Position numbers and translations under genes: made by a program | IMG/VR virus record: IMGVR_UViG_3300042294_004068 | Location: 46,922-110,921 of that record | Direction: 5' to 3' (one strand) | DNA length: 64,000 nucleotides | Origin: a virus | Shown here: in pieces, positions 32,841 through 41,558 of the stretch | Layout of the letters: every line of letters begins with the position of its first letter | Position numbering within the stretch: position 1 is the first letter of the stretch | Notes under the pieces: model-generated | The model's database searches: none | Seen by the model: only the letters and a program-made list of their open reading frames with translations | What the model was told of the DNA's origin: nothing

Positions 32841-34636
32841 AGTAACCCTGCCTTATCGTCTTTAAGTAGTTTTAGTAGTTGTGTTTGGTCTTGAACGATG
32901 TCTTCAAAGTTCTGAGCTTTTTTCTCGAGAACATCGATAACACGTTCTTCTATAGTTCCTTCAGTCACGTAATCAGTGATGATTACTGAGTCATGAATTT
33001 CGGAACCAATTCTGTGAACTCTATCAAGGGCTTGCTTGTGGTCAACTAGCGACCAAGGGCGTTGAAGCATAATCAAACGGCGAGCAGCAGTAAGAGTTAC
33101 ACCAACACCACCCGCCTGAGCAGTAAATAGAATCCATTTAGTTTTTCCAGATTGGAAATCATCGATGGCTTTCTGACGTTCATCTTCTGTTTGAGCACCT
33201 GTAATAAGCCCGTGAGGGATGCTCTTCTTTGTCATCTCGGCACTTACTAAATCAATTAATTGCCGAGACACAGCGCAAACTGCCACTGAATCATCACCAA
33301 AGTCTCCGCTTTCAATATCGTCCATGAGTGCATCAACTTTGCAAGAAGGTTCAGTCAGATATACAGCTATTTCTCCTGTTTGCTCATTTGTCTCAAGAAC
33401 AGCAGAAGAACTTGCAAACTGCAGAAGTCTTAAAGTCTGCGTCAAAATACTTGGAGCAGTGAGAGCAGAACCGTTTTCTAACTCTGCAATCATGGTGTCA
33501 CGCATTTGCTCATAAGCCTTCTTCTGCTTAGGAGACATTTCAATGTCACGACGTTCGTTGATTACCTCTGGCAACCAAGGGAGCACAACAGACTTCAACA
33601 TTCGTCGCATAACAGGTTGAACAGCTTTGTCGAATTCTGCTTGCATGTGAGGCTTTACTCCGATAACAAGCATTCCACCAAATGCATTTAACATGGTGTC
33701 TACCATTCGCTCAATCCAACGAGTTTTGCTAGGCCAGTCTTTTGGTGACAACCAGTGAAGGATTGCCCATAGGTCGACTACATCTTTTGCAATCGGTGTA
33801 CCAGTTAAAGCAAACTTAATTTGAGCATCGCCAGTTGCAGCCCATAGAGCTCGAGTCTGCTTTGACTTTGGCTCCTTAGAGCGGTGAATCTCATCTGCAA
33901 TTACAGCTTTAAAATCAATAGCGTTCAACTCACGCTGATGCACTTCGCAGCGGTTAGCACTAACAGACTCGTCGTGACCTCCACAATCGGAGCAGCGAGT
34001 CAAAGCCACAGAGCCATAAGGAGCAAGTCTTGAGTGGCCTCTTAAAGCCTCCCAATTGAGAACATAAACATCGGCTTGAGCATCGAATTGTTTTTTGCGT
34101 TGTACTGCTGTTCCTTTGACAACTTGAGTGGTGACTTCAGGCCACCATTTTTCAAACTCTCTCGCCCAGTTCTTTTTTAGGGTGTTAGGGCAAACGATTA
34201 GTGCTGGAAAGACCTGCTCACCGTCGTTTTGTAGTTTTTTCAAGGCTCTGATTGCCTGAGCCGTTTTACCTAAACCTGGCTCGTCAGCGAGCAGGGCACG
34301 CTTAGCGGTGCTGAGGAACTGTACGCCCGCTCTTTGGTGTGGGAATAGGTCTTCATCCCCTTCCGCCTCTAAAACCTCTCTAAGGGCCATAGAAGGCGAA
34401 ATACGGGTATTTAATTCATTGGTTGCCCAATCATTAAGGGCTGGACCTATTTGAAGGTCATGGAGGAAGGTGGAGCGCAAAGCAAGGCAACTGGACCAGC
34501 TTAAAGGCAGTCTCCATAGCTGGTCTTCTGTAGACCATTTAGAGCCTGGAATAGACTTACAAAGGTCTTTAAATCGCCACTCAGCTTGAATGACTATGTT
34601 GGATTTTTCAGCGTCTAAATCCACAAATACTGGCAT
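32837..34636 (-). CDS. SNF2-family helicase
   Basis: LADEPGLGKT, DEIH, LTGTP, GGVGVTLTAA, QALDRVHRIG. Confidence 0.92.
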   Translation of the reverse strand: MPVFVDLDAEKSNIVIQAEWRFKDLCKSIPGSKWSTEDQLWRLPLSWSSCLALRSTFLHDLQIGPALNDWATNELNTRISPSMALREVLEAEGDEDLFPHQRAGVQFLSTAKRALLADEPGLGKTAQAIRALKKLQNDGEQVFPALIVCPNTLKKNWAREFEKWWPEVTTQVVKGTAVQRKKQFDAQADVYVLNWEALRGHSRLAPYGSVALTRCSDCGGHDESVSANRCEVHQRELNAIDFKAVIADEIHRSKEPKSKQTRALWAATGDAQIKFALTGTPIAKDVVDLWAILHWLSPKDWPSKTRWIERMVDTMLNAFGGMLVIGVKPHMQAEFDKAVQPVMRRMLKSVVLPWLPEVINERRDIEMSPKQKKAYEQMRDTMIAELENGSALTAPSILTQTLRLLQFASSSAVLETNEQTGEIAVYLTEPSCKVDALMDDIESGDFGDDSVAVCAVSRQLIDLVSAEMTKKSIPHGLITGAQTEDERQKAIDDFQSGKTKWILFTAQAGGVGVTLTAARRLIMLQRPWSLVDHKQALDRVHRIGSEIHDSVIITDYVTEGTIEERVIDVLEKKAQNFEDIVQDQTQLLKLLKDDKAGLL

Positions 34637-34662
34637 TTTTACTTCCTGTCACTATGTCAAAC

Positions 34663-34671
34663 ATACTATCA
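34663..34671 (-). promoter_or_regulatory. Extended -10 promoter upstream of helicase
   Basis: TGaTAGTAT in an AT-rich intergenic gap. Confidence 0.45.
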
Positions 34672-34704
34672 CGAAAAATTAAAAAACTTTAAAATTCTTG
34701 ATAG

Positions 34705-35190
34705 TTATTTTTCTTTGTCTAAGAGTACACGAGGTACCCATCCTTGCTTGGCTAGAGCTAGTAGGGCGTGTCGTATTGCATCATTAGCATGACCTTCCCC
34801 ACCCACGTGCCAAGTTCCAACCTTTTTTAGAGCATCATTTGGGAACATGTTCTTTGCGTCTACTGGGTTTTGCATCCATATGTTTTCTGGCGAATAACCA
34901 TCTTCCCTACATAGATGTTTCAAGACTCCTATTTGCTCTAGAGAGTATGGAGCCTGAGAATTTCGAACAGTGGCTGCATTTATAATAAAACGCTCACACA
35001 CAACTTTGAATGAGGGCGAGTTTTTATATTGGGCCATCACTGCTCTTACGTCAGAAGCAAAGTCTTCAGGCTGAGATTCCATTGAATAAACTTTAACTGG
35101 AAAGTCATCAGCCCCTCCGCTCCATGTAATAAGAGCTATACCCGTGGCTTTACCTGGGTCTACTGCCAAAATTGCATAGTTAGAGTTCAT
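34705..35190 (-). CDS. RuvC-like Holliday junction resolvase / RNase H-fold nuclease
   Basis: ILAVDPGKATG, VVCERF, HANDAIRH. Confidence 0.75.
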   Translation of the reverse strand: MNSNYAILAVDPGKATGIALITWSGGADDFPVKVYSMESQPEDFASDVRAVMAQYKNSPSFKVVCERFIINAATVRNSQAPYSLEQIGVLKHLCREDGYSPENIWMQNPVDAKNMFPNDALKKVGTWHVGGEGHANDAIRHALLALAKQGWVPRVLLDKEK

Positions 35191-37013
35191 TCGTACTTTT
35201 GCCCCCAGTTCTCGAGTGGTCCTTCAACATCAGCCGTTAATGGAACAGCCCAACCTTCTCTGGTAGTCATACATTCACGAACAACTTTTTTAATTTCTTC
35301 AGCCTCTTCACGAGGGGCTTGAAGAACAATTTCGTCATGTACTGGAACAATTAAGTAGTCAGTCAAATCTGCTTGGTCTAGCTTTAAAAGATTTGACTTA
35401 AACACTTCAGCAGCACCACCTTGAATCAAATAATTGACTAGCGTGTATGTACGCTCTTCGTCACAAGGGATTCGACGTCCAGTCCAAGTGTGAACATATC
35501 CTTGCCCTTCAGTGCGAAGTCTTTCTTGACCAATGCTGTCGATATGTTTTTGAAAAGCAGCCATACCTGGATAGTTAACGTCGAATGAATCAGACACAGC
35601 TCGCATTTGAGGTTCTGGAACACCAGCAGTTAAAGCTTGCTTAGCAACACCTGCACCATAGAGTCGTCCGTAGACAACACCCTTAATGAGGTTACGACGC
35701 TTGTCAGACTTTTGCATAGTTGGGTCTTGATAAACCTGACGACCAATCTCAGTAAATGGATCAGAACCAGTTGCATCTGCCATGTTAAATAGATTGATTA
35801 GGTTTTCATCCCCTGACAAAGACGAGAACATACGGAACTCGACCTGATCCAAGTCAGATGTAATAATCACATGGTCAGGGTCTTTAGGGATGAAGGCTCG
35901 ACGCACAGTTGCATCACCTTTAGGCAGAGTCTGCAATGCTGGGTCTGTAATTGACATACGAGAAGTTCTAGCAGCTACTGTTTTGATAGATGGGTGAAGA
36001 ACTCCATCTATGTTCATATTGATAAAGTTTAAAAAGTAAGTGCTTGCTAGTTTTTCTGCTTTTCTAACTTGAAGAACTATGTCTGCTAACTCTTTAACTT
36101 CTTGGTTGCCTTCAATAGCAAGTTTTTCTAGTTGGTCTCTTGCAGCAGACTTTTGACCAGAAGCGGTGAACTCTGTAATTTCTCCACCAAGTTCTTCCAA
36201 CATTCTGACAAGCTGTTGATTACTTGTTATCGAGCCACCATAACGATTGAATGCCCAAAGTTTTGTCTTCTCTGTGTAGTCAAGAAGTTCTTCATACTTT
36301 TTCTTTGAGTAATCGACATCAACGCGAGCGCCGTTAATTTCCATACGAGTAACGACTTTTCGTGCGCCCATCTCTAATTCGTAAGCTCGATTGTATGGAC
36401 CATTAGGGCCACACTTTTCCCAGTACATCTCCCACAAACGCATTGTTAGTACTGTATCGAGAGCACCGTAAGACCAGAATGGTTCAAAAGAAATTGGAAC
36501 AGTTCCCCAAGTCCAACCATTAGCAGAAAGTTCTTCATCAAGTTTTGATTGAAGATGCGCAGCGTATGGGTCTATATGTTGAGCAGAAAGTTCTTTTAGA
36601 CCACCGACACCAAGAGGGTCAACAATGTGAGCCATAATCATTGTGTCATGTGCACGGTCCCATGGAATACGCCAGCGAGATTTAATTTCAAACCAGCGAG
36701 CTTCAAACGCAACGTTGTGACAAACAATAGGACCGTCAAAACGATTCATTGCTTCATAGAAAACGCCATTCCACTCTTCCCATGGAATAGACCAGCCAGT
36801 CATTCCGTCACCAACTTGGACAAGACGTAAATCACCATGCCAAGGAGACAATGCATCTTTACGTTGACCACCTGGACGTTCTCCAGTTTCAGTGTCAATC
36901 GCTATAGCATTGTATGGACGTCGTTCACCCAACCAATGAAGAAAAGCTTGCGCTTTTTCTACAGAGTCAACTAGATGTAGCTGAACTCCTGTTAAATCTC
37001 GTCTCTCAGTCAC
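35187..37013 (-). CDS. polA: Family A DNA polymerase with 3'-5' exonuclease (no 5'-3' exonuclease)
   Basis: IDTET, HN..FE, DTM, Y.ALD exo motifs; TSRMS..DPALQ, DLDQVEFR, K...YG..YG, NYLIQG, VHDE. Confidence 0.95.
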   Translation of the reverse strand: MTERRDLTGVQLHLVDSVEKAQAFLHWLGERRPYNAIAIDTETGERPGGQRKDALSPWHGDLRLVQVGDGMTGWSIPWEEWNGVFYEAMNRFDGPIVCHNVAFEARWFEIKSRWRIPWDRAHDTMIMAHIVDPLGVGGLKELSAQHIDPYAAHLQSKLDEELSANGWTWGTVPISFEPFWSYGALDTVLTMRLWEMYWEKCGPNGPYNRAYELEMGARKVVTRMEINGARVDVDYSKKKYEELLDYTEKTKLWAFNRYGGSITSNQQLVRMLEELGGEITEFTASGQKSAARDQLEKLAIEGNQEVKELADIVLQVRKAEKLASTYFLNFINMNIDGVLHPSIKTVAARTSRMSITDPALQTLPKGDATVRRAFIPKDPDHVIITSDLDQVEFRMFSSLSGDENLINLFNMADATGSDPFTEIGRQVYQDPTMQKSDKRRNLIKGVVYGRLYGAGVAKQALTAGVPEPQMRAVSDSFDVNYPGMAAFQKHIDSIGQERLRTEGQGYVHTWTGRRIPCDEERTYTLVNYLIQGGAAEVFKSNLLKLDQADLTDYLIVPVHDEIVLQAPREEAEEIKKVVRECMTTREGWAVPLTADVEGPLENWGQKYE

Positions 37014-37027
37014 TTACAATCTTTCTT

Positions 37028-37498
37028 CTAAGGAATCATCTCTATTCTATAGATTGATTCTATCTTTTCATCATACTTTGCTGCTTGTTCCAAAAGCCGC
37101 TGGGCTACGTGAGTTAGATATCTTGCCCCACCAGCATCATATTTGTAAAGAGCATCTAGCACAGGTTCTGGGTCTTCAGAAACTTGAGCCCATGTTCGGT
37201 CTTTTTCAGGGAAAATGATAGGAAGGTTTTTACTTGGATAGCACTCCTCGCATGGCAAGGAGTCTGGTTTTAGCTCATCTGAAGGAGCTTCAACTAGCCC
37301 GTATCTCTTTACAAGAGGACAAGCTGCTCCATGAAAAACTAAAGAAACTCCAACTCTCGAAAGAATGTAAGAACCATTTTCAGTCTTGTAAAGCTTAAAC
37401 TCAATCCATCGCGTGGAGCCGCGACGCCATGAAGATGAATCGCCTAGAAGACGACCACTAAATTGGAGGGTACGAGAACCGTCCTTTACTTCATACAT
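37028..37498 (-). CDS. Hypothetical phage protein
   Basis: TAATG-coupled to upstream ORF; W.E..LY.T..G.YIL; H...C...CEEC. Confidence 0.65.
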   Translation of the reverse strand: MYEVKDGSRTLQFSGRLLGDSSSWRRGSTRWIEFKLYKTENGSYILSRVGVSLVFHGAACPLVKRYGLVEAPSDELKPDSLPCEECYPSKNLPIIFPEKDRTWAQVSEDPEPVLDALYKYDAGGARYLTHVAQRLLEQAAKYDEKIESIYRIEMIP

Positions 37499-37974
37499 TA
37501 TGGCTGTGTCCCCCCTCCAGAGTTTTGTTGCTCTTGTAGAGATGTCAACAGATCAGATGTTTCTTGAGCTTGTTCTGTATGTAAATCTTCATCATGTGTA
37601 TGCTCAATAGTAAGCTCTTCTATTGGTACTACAATATCCGTAGCTCCTGCAGGGTTGTCTTTAAAATAGATATAAGACCACCACAAAATGCATTCTTCTT
37701 TGGCCCATTCAATTTCTGCCCATCCGCGCATAGGCCAAGGCTCAAAACCAGGATTTTCATTTAATTGAATAAGCTCTATATTTTTTGAAACATCAGTTAT
37801 ATACTGAACAACATTATCCATGTGGTTGTATATTAATTCTGCAGAAAGTTCATCTCTTTCTTGAGTGTTATTTATGTTGATAGCTGTATGAACTTCTTCA
37901 GAAGAAGATGCAGTAAATTTTTTACAGATATACGGACGGTCTTCACCGTTATATTGTGCAAGATATTCTATCAT
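37498..37974 (-). CDS. Hypothetical protein following tail fibre
   Basis: ATGA-coupled to fibre gene; no motif recognised. Confidence 0.6.
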   Translation of the reverse strand: MIEYLAQYNGEDRPYICKKFTASSSEEVHTAININNTQERDELSAELIYNHMDNVVQYITDVSKNIELIQLNENPGFEPWPMRGWAEIEWAKEECILWWSYIYFKDNPAGATDIVVPIEELTIEHTHDEDLHTEQAQETSDLLTSLQEQQNSGGGTQP

Positions 37975-39521
37975 ATTACTTCCTTCAGTCTCTGAATCTC
38001 TTCCTTGAGAGAGTCTATCTCAGATTGTTGAGTTTTTAGTAGTTCAATAACGAGTGTTGAAAGAAGTCCGTAGTCAATACCGTCTGGCTCGCCATTCTTA
38101 TCGTATGAAAGGATTTGTTCAACACCTAAATCCTGAACTTCTTCAGCAATATAACCATACATCCATTCACGATTATATCTATTTTGTACCCCTCTAACAG
38201 AATTCTTGTATTTATATTTTTTAATTTTAAGATTTAAAATATTTTTTGGTTCTTGAACTACAAAATCTGATATATCTTGCTTTACTTTTAATGTAGATGG
38301 GACTACTCCTCCAATACTGACACCACCTTGAGGGGTAACACCATGAATGTGCGAACCATTTGAACCAACGTGACCGTGTGCACCACCAGTAATTGCCATG
38401 CTATTCATAAATAAAGTTGCGGTGTGCGTGTGAGCTGGTACAGACCCGCCAGTGTGTTGGTGGTTTCCAACAGCAACTTGATTGGAACCAGTGCCAACTG
38501 GAAGACGGGCAAAAGCAAGAGTACCACTATCAATTTTTGACGCACTAACTTGCGGAATGCGAGCATCAGCAAAAATACCTGAAGTAATTTTTCCAGCATC
38601 TAGGTTGGGAATTCTTGTAACATTTAATGTTCCTGAAGTAATTTTTCCAGCGTCTAAACCTGGAATTCGTCCAGCAGCAAATTCTCCTGAGGTAATAATA
38701 GATGCACCAAGTGATGGAATATTACCTGTTGATAAAACTCCAGATACTTGAGATGCTGCAACATTTCCTGTGATTTTATCTCCAGCAATAGTTGCATTAG
38801 TTAGAGCTCCTCTAATTTTTGAGGCAGAAATTCCACTGGTACCGTCAATTAGACCATCAGTTATAGAACCGCTAATAACATTTTCTGTGCCAACTGCATT
38901 GGCGGCTAACTCGCTGTTTCCTACAGCATCTAAAGCAATCTCTGAAGAACCAACAGCATCAACATTAATTTCGGATGTTCCTACAGCGTCTGCTGTAATT
39001 TCTGCAGAACCTACGGCGTCTGAAGAGATTTCGCTGTTTCCTACAGAATCTGTTTGAAGATTCTCTGCTCCAGCTGCATCTACACCTAACTCAGAAAAAC
39101 CTACAGAATCTTGAGCTATTTCTGAAGAAGTCACTGCATCCGAGGCAATTTCATCGTTTCCTACTGCATCTGTGAGAATGTTTTCTCGATAGACGGCATC
39201 TACAGAAAGCTCATTGGTTGTAACAGCATTTTCCACAATTTCTGCAGAACCAACTGCGTCTGTTTGTATTTCTGCAGCACTTACTGAATCTATAGCAAGC
39301 TGAGCCTCACTAATTGCAGAATCAGCAACCAACTCTCTAGTGATTGCCTGTGCTAGAATTTTATCTGTGCTGATAATTCTAGGGGCAAGATTGTTTTCAT
39401 CGACAGCAAAGTTACCTAATCTAGAAGGAGATGGCCTAGCCTCTAGATATTTAATTCTGCGTTGAACATCGGAAATAGAACCTGTAATTGTTCTATTTCT
39501 ACTTCTTCTTCTACTCGCCAA
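37971..39521 (-). CDS. Tail fibre with repeats, HxH motifs and C-terminal intramolecular chaperone (S74-like)
   Basis: DAVGSxEIxx decamer repeats, GKITSG...RIP.LDA repeats, four HxH motifs, PS-TLKVKQDI...YGYIAEEV...IDYG..coiled coil. Confidence 0.8.
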   Translation of the reverse strand: MASRRRSRNRTITGSISDVQRRIKYLEARPSPSRLGNFAVDENNLAPRIISTDKILAQAITRELVADSAISEAQLAIDSVSAAEIQTDAVGSAEIVENAVTTNELSVDAVYRENILTDAVGNDEIASDAVTSSEIAQDSVGFSELGVDAAGAENLQTDSVGNSEISSDAVGSAEITADAVGTSEINVDAVGSSEIALDAVGNSELAANAVGTENVISGSITDGLIDGTSGISASKIRGALTNATIAGDKITGNVAASQVSGVLSTGNIPSLGASIITSGEFAAGRIPGLDAGKITSGTLNVTRIPNLDAGKITSGIFADARIPQVSASKIDSGTLAFARLPVGTGSNQVAVGNHQHTGGSVPAHTHTATLFMNSMAITGGAHGHVGSNGSHIHGVTPQGGVSIGGVVPSTLKVKQDISDFVVQEPKNILNLKIKKYKYKNSVRGVQNRYNREWMYGYIAEEVQDLGVEQILSYDKNGEPDGIDYGLLSTLVIELLKTQQSEIDSLKEEIQRLKEVI

Positions 39522-41544
39522 TTGTCTTTATCTTCCTCTTTTTGTCGACTTTCCAATCAGGAATAAGAACTAAATCTACCGTCTCTGGGAATGTAGGAGT
39601 ATCTGGGACAGACACTTTATAAGACTCAATTTTTCTAATTAAAATGTCATCTCTGGGTTCTTGGTCGTTGCCAAGTCTTTGACGTACGAATTCATCATCA
39701 ATAATTATTGAACACCAATCACCTGGATTGTAAGAGCCAATTAATGGCGATAGAGAACCATTGACCTGAATGTTGTAAGTGCCTATTGGAGGTAAGGCTT
39801 CATAGAGATAATCCTGAGCATATTCATAGAGTGAGTCTTCATCTTCAATTTCATCTACCTGTTCTACCTGATCTAGAAGAGGCCAGCTCCTACCTTCTGT
39901 ATTAGAAAGATACCCGCGGACAGCAGCACCTGCGTAAGGCTGGCTAGCATCGTCATTCATATCTTCTATACGACCGACTGCAAAGAAACGTGTAGCCGAG
40001 TCCTCTGCAGATTCTTCTACAGTAAATGTAAGAACGTTTCCTGGGTATTCAAACACTATTTGATCAGCACCTACCTCTTCTGCAGTGTAGTAATCTCCAT
40101 TTGCTGGTTCAAACTCTAAGTCAGCAGAAAACACTTCAAACTTTCTTGTAAAGCTTGCAGTATCGTAGTCATAGTCGCAATCAATTCGATACTCAAATGG
40201 ACCATTTATAGAGTTGGAGTATTCTTCTAAAATTTCTCCAACTGTTTTATTTTGATACCCTCGAAAAGTAAGAGTGTCTCTATAATAACCACTTTTGATA
40301 GAGCTATCAAGAGCTATACCAATATCTGAGTTTGAAAGATAGCTTCCATAATCTCCGTAACTTACTTTGCTACCTAGTGTTACAGTTCCACCAGCCACTG
40401 CTTTAAAATCAGCAAGCACCGAGCCAGTAACGTATCTAATTTTATTTGCTGCTGGAACAGCACTAATTATTTGCCGTCCATCATATGTTGTGTCAAGTAC
40501 ACCAGTAAAAAATGAATCTACACCTTTAACAACAGCAGAAGACCCAACCAATGAGTTATGAGTTCTATCAAGAGTTAGCTCTGCAGTTCCTCCACCATTA
40601 GGCCCAAAGATGTTGCCCATGGATCTTGAAATTACGTTGTATGTTTGAAGACCACTTACAGGGCTTGGGGGCACATCTGGACCGTTCAAGTCGTATCTAA
40701 AAGTTGTTGATGTAGGAACTTCAGTTACAAAATGAGTACCATCCAAGTCTGAGCCAACTTCATAAACAGATACTTCTTGACCAACAATAATATCGTGTTC
40801 TTTTTCTGTAGTAATTGTTACTACGTTAGCTGAACGCTCTTTTTTAACGATTGGAACGTCAAAATCTTTAGCTGGTCTAATTGCCTCATTTGCAAAATTA
40901 ACCCCACCCAAATCTGTATTAATTCTGTAAACTAAATCTCTAGCTACATCAAAAGTATCTGCAAGTAATCTACATGCACCAGAATCGCTTGTACCAGAGG
41001 TGTTTGCAGAAGTGCTTAAATACTGAAATTGATTTGCAGCAGTTATGTTTGTAATTTGATGAGTACCATTTACAGCAGGGTTTACTGTAGTAATTTTTAT
41101 AAACTGGTCTTCAGAAAAACCGTGGGGTTCTTTAGTAGTTATTGTTGCAACTCCGCCAGAGACAGAATATGCAGCAATTCCAATGTACTCGGAGCCATAA
41201 ACAATAGTTTGCCAAATATTTCTATGATAGAGATAGCTGACGAACTCAGCGCCGTCGACTGAAAGCTCCTGACTTCTTACGTCATATCGACGTGACCAAA
41301 TAATCCCGCCCCATACGCAAACCCCGTTACGCATAATGTAAATACCTGTTCTACCTGGCATAGTTGCTTCATAAAGGTCAAGGGCTTTTGTGGTTTCAAT
41401 AAATGGAATAGTTCCAGAAAAAGCACCAGCTTTTCTATTAACTCTTTCATAGGAAACATTTTTAAAAGGAACTTCAGAAATAACAGTATTTGTCAGCAAA
41501 TCTGTTAGATAGTATCGGTATTCGACATTAGTCTGTAGTGTCAT
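39511..41544 (-). CDS. Minor tail / baseplate hub (Tal-like) protein with inserted HG modules
   Basis: Position after Dit; YRYYLTDL...G.F.G...R.G..VWGGIIW..R; FEYPGN; Y.PGD. Confidence 0.7.
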   Translation of the reverse strand: MTLQTNVEYRYYLTDLLTNTVISEVPFKNVSYERVNRKAGAFSGTIPFIETTKALDLYEATMPGRTGIYIMRNGVCVWGGIIWSRRYDVRSQELSVDGAEFVSYLYHRNIWQTIVYGSEYIGIAAYSVSGGVATITTKEPHGFSEDQFIKITTVNPAVNGTHQITNITAANQFQYLSTSANTSGTSDSGACRLLADTFDVARDLVYRINTDLGGVNFANEAIRPAKDFDVPIVKKERSANVVTITTEKEHDIIVGQEVSVYEVGSDLDGTHFVTEVPTSTTFRYDLNGPDVPPSPVSGLQTYNVISRSMGNIFGPNGGGTAELTLDRTHNSLVGSSAVVKGVDSFFTGVLDTTYDGRQIISAVPAANKIRYVTGSVLADFKAVAGGTVTLGSKVSYGDYGSYLSNSDIGIALDSSIKSGYYRDTLTFRGYQNKTVGEILEEYSNSINGPFEYRIDCDYDYDTASFTRKFEVFSADLEFEPANGDYYTAEEVGADQIVFEYPGNVLTFTVEESAEDSATRFFAVGRIEDMNDDASQPYAGAAVRGYLSNTEGRSWPLLDQVEQVDEIEDEDSLYEYAQDYLYEALPPIGTYNIQVNGSLSPLIGSYNPGDWCSIIIDDEFVRQRLGNDQEPRDDILIRKIESYKVSVPDTPTFPETVDLVLIPDWKVDKKRKIKTIGE

Positions 41545-41558
41545 TTATAGGAGTCCTT

